NCBI GenBank assembly: GCA_051294375.1
Contig: CM119263.1
Coordinates: forward strand, 16,613,802-16,677,801
DNA from: Paraspadella gotoi
Lineage: Eukaryota; Animalia; Chaetognatha
Direction: 5' to 3'
Length of the DNA stretch: 64,000 nt
Part shown: positions 14,467-31,020 of the stretch, piece after piece
Position numbering within the stretch: position 1 is the stretch's first letter
How the letters are laid out: the number at the start of each line of letters is the position of its first letter
Translations under genes and position numbers: made by a program
The notes under the pieces: generated by a model
The model's input: the letters and a program-made list of their open reading frames with translations, nothing else
Databases searched by the model: none
What the model was told of the DNA's origin: nothing

Positions 14467-16202
14467 CATAATTGTTTAAAATGTTGAAACCTAAGTCCGC
14501 CACTACAAAACTAAAAAACTTTTAGGTTTTATCTCACTAAACTTTGATCTTAAAATTACGACTTGATCTCAAACCTTTGATCTCACTATTAGAGCTTTTA
14601 CTTCCTAATTGTGCCTAATTCAATAAGTATTTACGCTCGTTGATGTGATAGTCCGTTTGTCCAACATTCCGTTTACTTACCTGAAATAAAAATTTTCACA
14701 GATATACTAAACTTCGTTAAATTTGTAACCACTATCCAAGATACAAGATAATACTATCAATAGGCATTTCTTTCGAAAACAAAAGATCAATGTATCAAAG
14801 TCGACACGAGATGGATCTCAAGCTTGGCTTTGAAGTTGGGCATTCGAGGATCACGTGATACGAGTGCAGAATTTCTCCGATTTTTCCTAGATTTTGCTTT
14901 ATTTTTCCACAATAGTATTAGTACAATTACAATTCCGATAAAAAACTAGTTTTCATTAAATGAAGATTGCTGGGCTTGATTAGGGTTTAAAGACAATAAA
15001 TTCTAAAAACGTGATCTTCCGAAACTATGCCTTTCGAAAATTCTCTTGATTTCATCGTCATTGCCGAATTTTGGAATGATTTTTTTTTCTAAAAGGAAAA
15101 GGAAAACAACAATTTTACTCATTCTGAAGAATTGGATGTTAAGCAATAAATAAAGGACAAAAATGAAAATAAAAGCAAAGAGTTTTCGTGTCAAATGGGA
15201 GCGAGCAGAGAATTTTAATTGTTTTGAATATTTATTTTGAATAATTTTCCACATTTGTGGGGGGGGGAATCATTCTGATTTGTGTACAGCTAAAAAATAC
15301 TTTTATTAATATAATATATATATAGTTATATACATATACCAATTGACTACAGTGATTGTCTCAATTGAATTGAATTGGACCAGATATGATTATCAATAAA
15401 TGTCCCGTTTTCCAATCGTGTGTAAAATATCTGGTAAATGATCACCTACAAATCCACTATATTATTAGAAGATAACTGAGTATTTTCTGAAAACTACCTC
15501 TCCATGTTCAAATATTTCCCATTCTCCGCTTTTTCTTTCTCACACACACCCAACAGATATTCTTCTCCATGTCGTCATCGCTGGCCAAAAATTTTGATTT
15601 TAAATTTAAGGTTTATCTGCCTATTATTATTGTGGTAAGCTTGGAAGGCTTCTCCGTGTTTCTCTCTGTTTTTCTTCGATTCTCTGGGTCGACCTAACTT
15701 TGAAGCCTCAATCGAAGCGCCGGAGCCGGATCTTCCGTGATCGTTTGGACTCCAAATTGGCGGTCGAAGTTTACTGCGGGAGTTTAACTGGTTTGAGAAT
15801 TAATTGTTCTCCTGTCCTGGTTGCCATTTCAGACTAAATGTTTTTTCAATTTTCCCCCCTTTGTTTCGTTTTCGTTCGAAAAATTACTGACATCAGTTGT
15901 CAGTCCGGAGGAAATTACTTGCATAACGCTGTTAACGGTTTACTTTAATTAGATTAAATTTTATATCCAGCATCGGTTAATGATCGTATATTACGTAATT
16001 GCTCGATATTTTTCCTGCGTAATTCAAGAGTCACTAAAAATAGCTCGGGATGTTAGTCATGCGCTTTGAAATGATTTTACGTACAGCTGGCTTCGTTTCG
16101 TTTTCGCTAAGCCGGATGTTAAATATTGAAGCGATTTTTGAAATATTTTTTCGCTTAATATTTATTGTTGTACTATTTATTGATAGTCTTCCTATTTCAG
16201 AT

Positions 16203-19885
<3,683 letters not shown>

Positions 19886-21448
19886 CATAATTGTTTAAAA
19901 TGTTGAAACCTAAGTCCGCCACTACAAACTACAAAACTTTTAGGTTTTATCTCACTAAACTTTGATCTTAAAATTACGACTTGATCTCAAACCTTTGATC
20001 TCACTATTGGAGCTTTTACTTCCACTTACAAGCTAATTTATATCGTTATTTGTGCTAATTCAATTAGTATTTACGCTCGTTGATGTGATAGTCCGTTTGT
20101 CCAACATTCCGTTTACTTACCTGAAATAAAAATTTTCACAGATATACTAAACTTCGTTAAATTTGTAACCACTATCCAAGATACAAGATAATACTATCAA
20201 TAGGATTTCTTTCGAAAACAAAAGATCAATGTATCAAAGTCGACACGAGATGGATCTCAAGCTTGGCTTTGAAGTTGGGCATTCGAGGATCACGTGATAC
20301 GAGTGCAGAATTTCTCCGATTTTTCCTAGATTTTGCTTTATTTTTTCCACAATAGTATTAGTACAATTACAATTCCGATAAAAACCTAGTTTTCATTAAA
20401 TGAAGATTGCTGGGCTTGATTAGGGTTTAAAGACAATAAATTCTAAAAACGTGCTCTTCCGAAACTATGCCTTTCGAAAATTCTCTTGATTTCATCGTCA
20501 TTGCCGAATTTTGGGAGATTTTTTTTTTCTAAAAGGAAAAGGAAAACAACAATTTTACTCATTCTGAAGAATTGGATGTTAAGCAATGTATGGTCAACTT
20601 AAATAAAGGACAAAAATGAAATAAAAGCAAAGAGTTTTCGTGTCAAATGGGAGCGAGCAGAGAATTTTAATTGTTTTGAATATTTATTTTTAATAATTTT
20701 CCACATTTGTGCCGGTTTTGGGGCATGCAAACATATCGGATCACTCGGGGGGGGGGAATCATTCTGATTTGTGTACAGCTAAAAAATATTTTTATTATAT
20801 ATAATATATATATATAGTTATATACAATATACCAATTGAATTGAATTGGACCAGATATGATTATCAATAAATGTCCCGTTTTCCAATCGTGTGTAAAATA
20901 TCTGGTAAATGATCACCTACAAATCCACACTAATATTACTTAGAAGATGACTGAGTATTTTCTGAAAACTACCTCTCCATGTTCAAAATATTTCCCATTC
21001 TCCGCTTTTTCTTTCTCACACACACCCAACAGATATTCTTCTCCTGTCGTCATCGCTGGCCAAAAATTTTGATTTTAATTTAAGGTTTATCTGCTTATTA
21101 TTATTGTGGTAAGCTTGGAAGGCTTCTCCGTGTTTCTCTCTGTTTTTCTTCGATTCTCTGGGTCGACCTAACTTTGAAGCCTCAATCGAAGCGCCGGAGC
21201 CGGATCTTCCGTGATCGTTTGGACTCCAAATTGGCGGTCGAAGTTTACTGCAGGAGTTTAAACTGGTTTGAGAATTAATTGTTCTCCTGTCCTGGTTGCC
21301 ATTTCAGACTAAATGTTTTTTCAATTTTCCCCTTTGTTTCGTTTTCGTTCGAAAATTACTGACATCAGTTGTCAGTCCGGAGGAAAATTACTTGCATAAC
21401 GCTGTTAACGGTTTACTTTAATTAGATTAAATTTTATATCCAGCATCG

Positions 21449-22066
21449 CCGAGAGGTAGCCGACCAAATTCAAATTTTAATGGGAACGAGCATTAAACTT
21501 AATCCATTATTGGTATTAATTATTGTGTTAAAATATTTTTTTACAAAAATGTTCCGAACCATGAGTAATTCGCTAATTAATATTATTTTATTGCTATATA
21601 ATGTCAAAAATTTTTTTTGGATATTTTAAGTTTTTTTAATTGATTCTGATAGAGCTTAAAAAGTTAAGCAAAAAATATAATACAACTTTTTTAAAATTTT
21701 GATGTTTTATTACTAAAAATTAGTAAAAACTGCTAAAAATCATCGGATGATGATGATGATGATGATTTTTTTAAGGTTTTTCTCAATTTAAACCCACTTA
21801 TCATCAAAATATTGAAAAAAGAATTATACTTTGTGTAGATAACTTTTCATAAGCTATTTGAATCTGCTTTTAAAAATAAAAAATTCAAAAAAAAAATTTT
21901 GACATTTCTTATCTATAAATAAATATTAAAAAATTAATTACTAATGCTTCTTGCCATTTTAGAAAATTTTGCTCCATTGAAAGTTTTCTCAGAAATGTAT
22001 GAAGTTTCATTTGGAAAGGTTCCCAAATCAAACTTCTGACCCACCCCATTGACGAAGTTTGGCTCT
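21449..22066. mobile_element. ~620-bp AT-rich non-autonomous insertion present only in duplicate unit B
   Basis: Unit A reads cagcATCGgttaatg. Unit B reads cagcATCG[insert]ATCGgttaatg, i.e. a 4-bp target duplication. TIRs are weak. Confidence 0.75.
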
Positions 22067-22302
22067 ATCGGTTAATGATCGTATATTACGTAATTGCTTT
22101 TTGAGCAATTTTTGGAACGTTAAAGAACGAAAGATTTTCGATATTTTTCCTGCGTAATTCAAGAGTCACTAAAAATAGCTCGGGATGTTAGTCATGCGCT
22201 TTGAAATGATTTTACGTACAGCTGGCTTCGTTTCGTTTTCGTACACTCGTTTTTTTTTCTTTAAAAATATATAAAAATAAGTTAAAAACGATTATTTTTT
22301 AG

Positions 22303-25194
22303 GCCGCTCTGACTGAGGATGGAGGGCTCGCTGGAGGAGTCGCTCCAGCTCGAAAGTCAACGTTCGGTGATATAAATAGGAAAGACGATGACCGNNNNNN
22401 NNNNNNNNNNNNNNNNNNNAAGGAATAACAACAACAACAGTAACAACCTCGAAAACTTCGTCGCTCCGCCCGCCGACGACTCCAACATGTTCTCGACCTC
22501 AGCCTTTACTGACAACATTCCGTCGATCGCGTTTATTTCTTCAGACACTTGCGTCCCCGTGGAAACCGAAACACTCTCGGGGTCTTGGGCTGAATTCAAG
22601 AAGCTTAATTTTAAAATTCGAACCCGCGATGACAACGACGATTGCAACAACTTGTCCGACATTGTCTCACCGCCGGAGGAAGAGGAAGACGACGTCACGA
22701 CGAAGATCATCGGCAAGGACGAGGTTTTATCAAAGCCCACTCACGAGCTTTTGTTCGGATCGATCCATGCGTCTTCCCAAAAACGACATTCTGGTGAGAA
22801 ATAGGATGGGCAGAGATTGAGGAAGGGAGATTTCCATTTACGTGTTGACGCCCGATAGTCTTATTGTTTTTTACTCTTCTTGGTGAAAAAAATAGCGAAA
22901 CACAGATGTTGGGTTTTTGTCATAAGCATTTCAAGAAAACGGACTCAAAACAGTTATTTTTTATTCTTCTCAACTAGCGTCGAATTTCTCCCCGCCAAAT
23001 TTTGAACTTGAATCGAACTACGACTGCGAGGAGTCGGAAGATCTACTGTGCTTCGACGAACAGGAGCTCCTACTGCTGCAGCAACAGCAACAACAACAAG
23101 ATTCGCTGCCGCCGCAACGACGGGAGCAAGCGACGAATGAGGGAGAGCAGTCCTCCGTCCTTACCGAAAACCCATCGTCGTCGACTGTGGTGAAGAAAAA
23201 CGCTTGTCTTCAAGATTTGGAGGTGATAAAAGAAGAGGAACGACTCACAATGAAGCCTCCGACTCGGTCGCCATTCAAAACGAAAAGGTATTTATTATTT
23301 AAATTATACAGTGACGGTCGAATGAATGTCCATTTCGTGATTAATTTCCATTTTTACCTTCGATCGCAGTTCCGACGGTTTTTCGACGACTAAAATATTT
23401 TTAGTTTCGAATTATTTTTTATTTATTCATTTATAAATTTAAAAAAAAAGTGTCGGATTTTTTTTTTTGTGTCTTTATTAAATGTTTACTTGTTTATACA
23501 ATTTATTACAGAAAAATTCAAAGCCGCGATTTCGCTCAAGAAGTCTGTAAAGTACCTAAATACTTAGTTCGACCGGAAATCATGACGTTCGAGGCTCGCG
23601 GCCGAAGCGACGACGACGAGGACGACAACCAAAGCTGCGACGACGATGACGCTGGTGTCAACAAGCTGCCAGAGTATCTCTACAGCATCGCCCACCAATG
23701 CCTGAGGTGAGAGAGAGGGAGATGCGCGAAAACCTATAGCCTTTTCGCTGACATTCAATTGCATTTTTCGCCTGCAGAACTTTGCTGGATTCCAACGACA
23801 ATCAATCCAATAAGCGCTTAGACAAGATCGACTTGAAAAGATCGCCCGCTTCCGAGTTCGGTGAAAAAACGTCTCCTAAATGTAATCCTCATAGCCGAGT
23901 CGATAGGAATTGTGCTTTAGATAAAATGGCAATCAGGTAACATTATGTTTTTGTTTTTATGTCTTTTTTTTTTAGTCGGATCTGCTGACGGTCGGTCCGT
24001 CGGTCCACCCCCTCAATCTTGTCGGGCAATAACTTATTTCATGTCAGAACATCGAATTATGACAGATTATGCAAAAAAAAATGATGTCCGTCCGTCTGTC
24101 TGTCTGTCTGTCTGTCTCTCCGTCCGTCCATCCCACCTTAGCAAAAAACTCCAATTACTCGTGATTGGAAGAAGAATCGGAATGAAATTTTGTATGTGGG
24201 TAGGAAAGTGTGTGATCGAGCTTGTTATAAAGTTTCGCTGGAAGAAAGAGTTGAAATGAGTTTAAAGGGAAAAAACAAAAGTCATATTTACTTGAAGTAT
24301 TTTTACTTATATTTACTCATAATTTACTCATAATTATTATATTTATTAAAAATTAAATAAATAAATTGAATTTGTGTTAAGCCTTTCTTTTTGTTGTTTG
24401 TTTTAGATTTAAGTGAAACGTAATTTTCATGAAAATTTTATCTAAAATAAAATTACATTGTTGTTTCACGAAAATTTCATTTCACTTAAATAAATTCAAT
24501 TTAAATTTTGTGTGTGGGTAGGAAAGGTATGCAATTAAGCAGGAAATAAATTCTTGATGAAATCGTAGGAGTGGAAAAGAGTTTTGATTAGAAAACCAAA
24601 AGACATATTTATTTGAACTTTTAAAAAATTATCTCTCTTCTCTCTCTGATTGATTGATTGCAAGTTGACCAAATTATGCCAGATGACCAAATAATGCAAG
24701 TTGATTAAATTATGCAAGTTGATTAAATTATGCAAGTTGATTAAATTATGCAAGTTGATAAAATTTTGCAAGTTGACCAAATTATACAAGTTGACTAAAT
24801 TATGCAAAATTAACAAATTATGCAAAATTATCAAATTATGCAAGCTGGTATTAGCTGGGCTACTGGTAATGATTGATAGATGATTTTATTTATAGATTTT
24901 TTCATAGATTTATTAGAAGTCTGTTATGATTTTTTATGTTACGATGTTTTATGATCTGTTAAGATCACAAATTGAAATTCAGTAAAAAAATTACCGTGAT
25001 TTATCATGGTTTAGCTTATTACCGCTTAAATATTATATAAAAATTGTTTTCAATTTAATTTTGTTCTTTTTAAAAGTTTGGACGACGATGAAAATGAAAA
25101 CGAGGATGAAGACGGAAGATGCATTGTTTACGTAGGTAAAATCCGTCGTTTTTCAACATCAAAGGCAAAACTCAGGAAAAGATTCGAAAAGTAA
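22303..25194 (+). CDS. Uncharacterised spliced gene with acidic and polyQ/N low complexity; start not located
   Basis: GC-richer exon-like blocks flanked by AG/GT (~22303-22794, 22978-23287, 23512-23707, 23778-23936, 25077-25194) join into a plausible peptide. Confidence 0.55.
24032..24975 (+). mobile_element. DINE-1/HINE-like (Helentron-associated) non-autonomous element in an intron
   Basis: GTCY microsatellite (24085-24130), atgaaattttg core, subterminal inverted repeat aattatgacaga / tctgttatgatt, 3' hairpin tgatctgttaagatca, internal tandem array. Confidence 0.6.
24658..24845. repeat. 18-bp tandem repeat (tgcaagttgattaaatta), about 10 copies
   Basis: Directly visible. Confidence 0.92.
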
Positions 25195-26224
25195 GAAACA
25201 AGTGAACCAGTGGCTGCGCCAATACATGTAAATCGCTTCCAAGGGCTTAAACTGAATTGTTACTGGGGCACCTTGTTACTTAAAAAAATATCTAATAAAT
25301 CAAAACAATATTATTTTCGTTTTAATATATGATATATGATTAAAATGCTTTGATCAAGACATAGAATAAGAAATAGAAGAAAATAAAATAGAATAAGAAA
25401 AAAATACTTATTAAAAAATATCCAAAACAATTTTTTTTAAAGATTCAAGATAATACAAATTAAAAAAAAAATTGCTATTTTGATAAAAAAACATAAATTT
25501 AAATTAATGTACATATTTGGATTTTTTTCGATTACAATATCTATGAATATATATTTCATATATTTATATTTATTATTATATTCAATTCAATAACAAATCA
25601 ACAATTCTATAACTATTCAACATCAGAAATAACCAATATCTTCATCGAAGATTTAATAATTCCTTTAATTTATAAGATTATTATACTTCCCTCAGACTAG
25701 TTATCCAACCCTTTCACTTCCGCAGATTCGGCGCCATTCGCCGCATCACCTTTCACCAACGCCATCGCGATCTTCCTCTTGAAGACTTTGCTTTCGTCAC
25801 GTTCCTGGACCGCTCCGCCGCCAGCGCCGCCGTAGAGCGCGGCAACGAGGCTCTGCCGTCGACGGCGCCTCGCTACGATCTCGGCTTCGGTGGGCGGCGT
25901 CGTTTCTGTCGCCAACACTACCGCGATCTCGACGAGCGAATGAGCGAGGTAGGAGAGGAGAAGTGTGGAGGAGGAGAAGGCGAAGCAAGAGGAAGAGTTG
26001 GAGTAAGTTATGAGGAGTTGCTGCAGCGGAATCTTGCTAGGGCTAAGCGGAAGATGCTGTGAAGGTTTGTGGTTTCGCTAGCATTTTAGGCTTGAGCTCG
26101 ATAATGTCTTAGTTCTGCTTCTTAAGTAGTATCGTCATCATCGTTATACTTTTAATATGACGCTGAGAACAATATAAAAAAATTCATTAGACATTATAAT
26201 CCTTTCGTTTCGTTGTGGTTGAGA

Positions 26225-26353
26225 TTTAGAGAAAAGTTTGAAATGAATTCAACAACGATTAATTTGATGAAGGCTTGAACAAGAGCCGAAACATGTCCGT
26301 TATTATTGTTTCAAATAAATCGTTGTTGAATTCATTTCAAACTTTTCTCTAAA
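26225..26353. repeat. 43-bp inverted repeat enclosing a minimal hammerhead-like core; probable Penelope-like element remnant
   Basis: Arms 26225-26267 and 26311-26353. The centre reads tgatga-aggctt gaac aagagcc-gaaa-catgtc, followed by aataaa. Confidence 0.6.
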
Positions 26354-26764
26354 AAAATTCATGAACATGAAAATAAAAAAAATCGGTCATTGGATTTACT
26401 TTTTCTGACTTTTTGCAAAGTCTGATTCGGCTTAAAATTCGACCATGAAGTTGGTTAAATGTAAGAAAAATTATTATATTTTCCTGAAAATTAATTTTTA
26501 TCAAGTTTTTTACAATTTTGACCCACTTAATCAAGGAATTTCTAAAAAATGAAATAAAAAGGACAGAGAGCTGTGTTATGAGAAAGGCAATTATCTAGTT
26601 TGATTCCTGTGAGTTGAATGCTCCCTGACAGTGATTGGTTTCTTAACAGAAGTAAGGTCACTAAATTTAAATATCCCTCTTGAACAGTTTTTCCAGGCTC
26701 ATCTGTCTCAAATCTTGGAACAAATAAGGGGTCATAAATGAAATCATCAGGGTTGACAGAGAGG

Positions 26765-26971
26765 AGTAGATGCACAATGGAGTGCGAGCAACGTGTGACC
26801 TAAGGCAATCAATGGATGTTGCACGCAAGACTACGCTTGCATCGCTGAACTTGCGATGGAGTAAAACAGACATTTTCGTTTGGCGTCGGCAATATGCAAA
26901 TAAGGCATCTCAATTTTTGCGCACGACAGACATCGTCGGTTGGCAACCGCTTATTCAAATTGCGGTATAAA
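26765..26971 (+). repeat. Left terminal inverted repeat of the pPolB element
   Basis: Reverse complement of 55052-55258, about 13 mismatches in 207 bp by manual count. Confidence 0.95.
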
Positions 26972-27148
26972 TTGGAACTGATTATGTAAATCCTCGGATT
27001 TAAAATCTGTTTTTTCTATTAACGTTTGACAAGTTTAAATTTTTTAGGTTTTCATGTTTATCAAACTGTTTATCTATTCAAGTTTTTTGTACTGACTATT
27101 TATGCTAAATATATATTATCAATACTTTTTGTTAATACAAAAAATATA

Positions 27149-27358
27149 TTATAGATAAGTTTCTATGTCAATCATTTCTACAAAATTAACTTCAGATTCA
27201 CGATGATTAAAATAAGAGCATCGGCGACGTAGTATAACAAAAAATATAATCGCCAAAAATAAGCAAACTAATATAGCTAAGCATGCAATAATCCAGTTTA
27301 ACATTTCAACATGTCCTTCGTCTCCAGAGTTGCTAGCCAAAGTTGATATCATCGTCAT
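27149..27358 (-). CDS. Small single-pass membrane protein (69 aa) of the pPolB element
   Basis: WIIACLAILVCLFLAIIFFVIL followed by RRR. TATA-like tatatataaa upstream on the minus strand. Confidence 0.6.
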   Translation of the reverse strand: MTMISTLASNSGDEGHVEMLNWIIACLAILVCLFLAIIFFVILRRRCSYFNHRESEVNFVEMIDIETYL

Positions 27359-28951
27359 CGAGGTTGTAGCTAGATTAGCTTTGAAAGTAGGGGCGTCACT
27401 TTATATATACATAGAAAAATAAATATTAATTAAAAACTATTTATGTTTTTAAATTTTTTATTTATTTATTACTTACATCATTGAACTTGGATAAAAAACT
27501 TTTGAAATAGGCATTTTTTCTTCAAATAACTTCGATTAGATGTTTTTTAGATTTTTTAACAGCTTGGAGTCACAGCTTGAGTTTAAATTAAACTAAAAAA
27601 TGAAAGACTCGAGAGACGAAGCACACGAGAGAGAGAGAGAGAGAGATTTTATCGAATTCTTCGTAGATTGGTAGAAGAGATTTTCGGGGCTAAATAAATC
27701 TCTTCTTCACCGCCACTTCTCTCATTGTCCCCCCAATCTGTCCCCCAACTGACATTATCTTCATCTGCTTCGCGCGCAGTATCTATCGCTAATGTTTCAT
27801 CAACCGTGTCGAGTTCTGTTTCAATTATTCCCATTTCTACTGTTACCTCTCTATCAATTCTTTCTTGAATCGATTCGAGACGACTGTCTTCGCGCAAGTT
27901 TGATCGTAATATAAAACTTCGTGGCAGAGTGTTAGATCGCCGTAAAGCTCCGCCGATTGCTTGCGTCAAATCATTGTATGGCGATTGCATTATTCTCGCA
28001 TACGCGCCCGCGCTGAGGGTAATGTTTGTAGCGTCTCTAGCTACTGAACTCTGACTGAGGCTGTCCAAGATGAATAAAAAGGTTTGAATAAATTTATTTC
28101 TATTTACAAAACAAAAGTTAAGCAATTTGGTGCGGAGAGGAACTGAACTTCTCTCTCTCTTGCCTTCCCCTTTTATATCTTCTGAGACTCCTTGAAGATA
28201 TTGCGCAACCGGATCTTTGGATTTCACTGGGATTGTGAAATCCAAAGCCGGCCTTTCTCTAAGTGGGTGGGAAAACCGCAATCATCTTTTCTTGGGTTCT
28301 ATTTTTTACTTTTATACCCCCACGATTTTCCCTTCGACCATTTAGTTATTAATAGAACAAAGATCGTGATGCTAAACCCTCCCCCTCAGGAAAAATGGGC
28401 GAAGGGGTCTTTTGTACTGAAAGAGTACATCTTTCGATCGGTAGAGGTTGTAAATCACAAGTGATAACATCCCGTGAAATTTTCCAGCTCATAAACAACA
28501 TCTTCTAGACAAGTATCTCGTAAATTGTCTGGACACCCAGGTGTTTATAATATTATAAAAAACACATCAAAGAAATACAGTGATCGAAAATGGGAATCGA
28601 TCCTTTCACCGGGTCGTTATATGTCAAGGAAAATAATTTATTATTTTGTATCACTACTTAAGCAACAGGGACTTTAATTCGTTTCTCTACGGCCAACAGA
28701 TTTTACGAATTTCTGATAGTTTTTTCCCCAGTTCTTTTTCAAGCAAAAAGGTACGTAATGAATAAGTAATAAAATCAAAGCAATAAAATCAAAGCACAAT
28801 AGCACTAAGCAATGATAAGCGTAATAATTTGTTTAGACCAAACTCAAACTGTGTTAATTCATGGAATGTCCTGTTTTCGAAAGTTTAGGAATCGGTATGT
28901 ATATGTTTACTAGGTATATTTATATTTTCAAATTTTAGTAACTCATCTATC

Positions 28952-31020
28952 ATGGCTGTGGCTCCTTCCGCATCAACCTCTTCTATTCAAGGATTGTCAC
29001 AAGAGCCAGTGGCTCTGGTGACTTCCGATTTTTCGGATGTCCGAAAATTCTAGATTACCTAGGCCAGTTCGTTGGAGCTGCGGAAATGATGCAGCTTGAC
29101 TGCCGCATCTTGCGGCGTCACGCTCGCTTAGGCTTGGTCGCCTTGCGCGGAGGAAAAACCCATTTCCTCCTGTAGGAATGCACCCACGATTTCGGCCTGG
29201 TTCTTACATACTTCGTCGTGCGGAAAAGACCCCGAACTCCGCTGGATCTCATCCAGCCTCGCAGGAATAAGGGTATTTCATTATTTCTTATATTTTATTT
29301 TTTTATATATATTTTATTCCTTTATATTAAGTGCGCTTGTCATCCGAGGAAACGCAAACCCTGCGTGGCCTACGTAACGGGACGATCCGTTACGGAGATA
29401 GAGGCCACATCGGGGTCCGGGTGGGTATTATTAACCGGAACAATATCTTGCTCCTGAGGATGAACATTCACCGTATACTGCGGGGGATTTTAATAAGGAT
29501 CTCTGATCTTCTCAAGACCAACCCGAAATGTCAAGGATCCGAAATGAGCAGGAGGAAAAGATCTTTGGGTCTTTTTCCTCCTCTTAAGGGTTATCTCTCC
29601 GAGGAGGTAACTCCATTATTCCAAACACGGAAGAATATCGTTACGAAGGAAACGCCCCCGTCATCGGACGAGAACCGTCCGATGACAGCATTCCTTCCTC
29701 ATCTTTTATGTTCCTCTTTGCCAGTTACCTCTTCTGTTGTTACTTTCTTCTTCTGTTTACTTCTTCTGTAACTGTCCCTATTATAAAACTTTCTTTCCGT
29801 AGCTTCGTTCATTCTCATTTTCCCCCTCCTCCTTACCTATACCCCTCCTTTTGTCCTTACCCTTATATTCCAACCATTTTAACTACTTCCTCTTCAACTT
29901 GTCCTACGATTACTGCCACTTCACTAATCCTACTTACAGAGTTTCTTTTTCCTTCTCCGTATCATCTTGGAACGCTTTTAACCCTTCCTTTCATTATCCT
30001 TTACACCTTTGTTACAGGAATTAATCCTTTCAATCCCATTCTAGACCTCCTCCTAGGCCTTTTATTTCTTTTTCTCATGCGACTCGACTACTTCTTCTTC
30101 AGTACTTCTACTAACCTTGTAAATCCTTTTGTAAATAACATTTCTGTTAGAATTTGTTTTTACTGTTAAAATTAGGTGAACCGATCATCAATTTCTTCTC
30201 GTAAAAAAGTGTTTTTTCTTTCTTTTGATTTTTATACCGAAGCGTTGCCGATTACATCTATGATTTTTTGTGGATCCTGGGCAAACTTTACGACTATGAA
30301 GCCGCTCCTAGACTTTAAAATTCGCCCGTCAGCTATTCCGACCCAAAGACTTTGTCAGCTTCGCCTTCTACTACGCCATTAATGTCAAATCTCCTGACGT
30401 CAACCATTTCGTCCTCGCAGAAGCATTTGTCCAGACTTTTTAATTCTCTTCGAACAAACATTCCTTTGTTCTCGGATTCAACCAGACCCTTACTACTTTT
30501 CCGTCTTCTACAAATACGTCATTTCCGTATTATCTGTTTCGGCTTCTCCTTCTATCTTCTTGGTTTCAACTGGGTCCGTCTCAGGTTAAACAGAATTAAA
30601 TAAATGATTATATATATTGAGAAAACAAAATTCTTTTTATTTCTTACAGATCGTTCTTGCTTTATTAATCACGGCTATCTTACTTATTGCCGTTCTTCTG
30701 TTAAAGAAATTTAGTTATTTTCGTCCCTCTACTCGTCATCCTTTGGAAACACCTCGACCGTTATTGAGATGGGGGAACTCGATCTTTTAAAGAGGAAGAA
30801 ACAACTTTGGACGAGATATTTCCAGATACTATTCCAAAAATCCCTTATTCAAGTCCATGTATTCAAGTTGACCTTCCGTCTCAACTCCTTCGACTAATCT
30901 CAATTCCAGTCAACCTCCTCGGCGGAGCGCAAGAACTACCAAAGGATTACTTCTAAAAGATTCAGATAAGGAACAAATAGGTTCTCAACCTTCTTTCGAA
31001 TATCAGACATTTTGATTGAG
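28952..31020 (+). pseudogene. Antisense, intron-containing accessory gene in the 3' region of the Gypsy element
   Basis: ATG at 28952. Intron 29273-29331 joins two ORFs in frame (RRNK-V-RLSSEE). Second intron-like segment 30585-30649. S/T/P-rich middle; many frameshifts. Confidence 0.5.

Noticed and set aside
24535-24883. ORFs of LHNLIN/LIKLCK repeats; possible CRISPR-like array
   Set aside because: Plain 18-bp tandem repeat without unique spacers, in a eukaryotic intron.
25697-26090. GC-rich minus-strand ORF fragment
   Set aside because: No clear start, splice structure or recognisable domain; cannot be supported as a gene.
28027-28281. N-terminal half of ORF 27649-28281 as a real protein start
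   Set aside because: It is Gypsy LTR sequence fused by chance to the tail exon of the interrupted glycoprotein gene.
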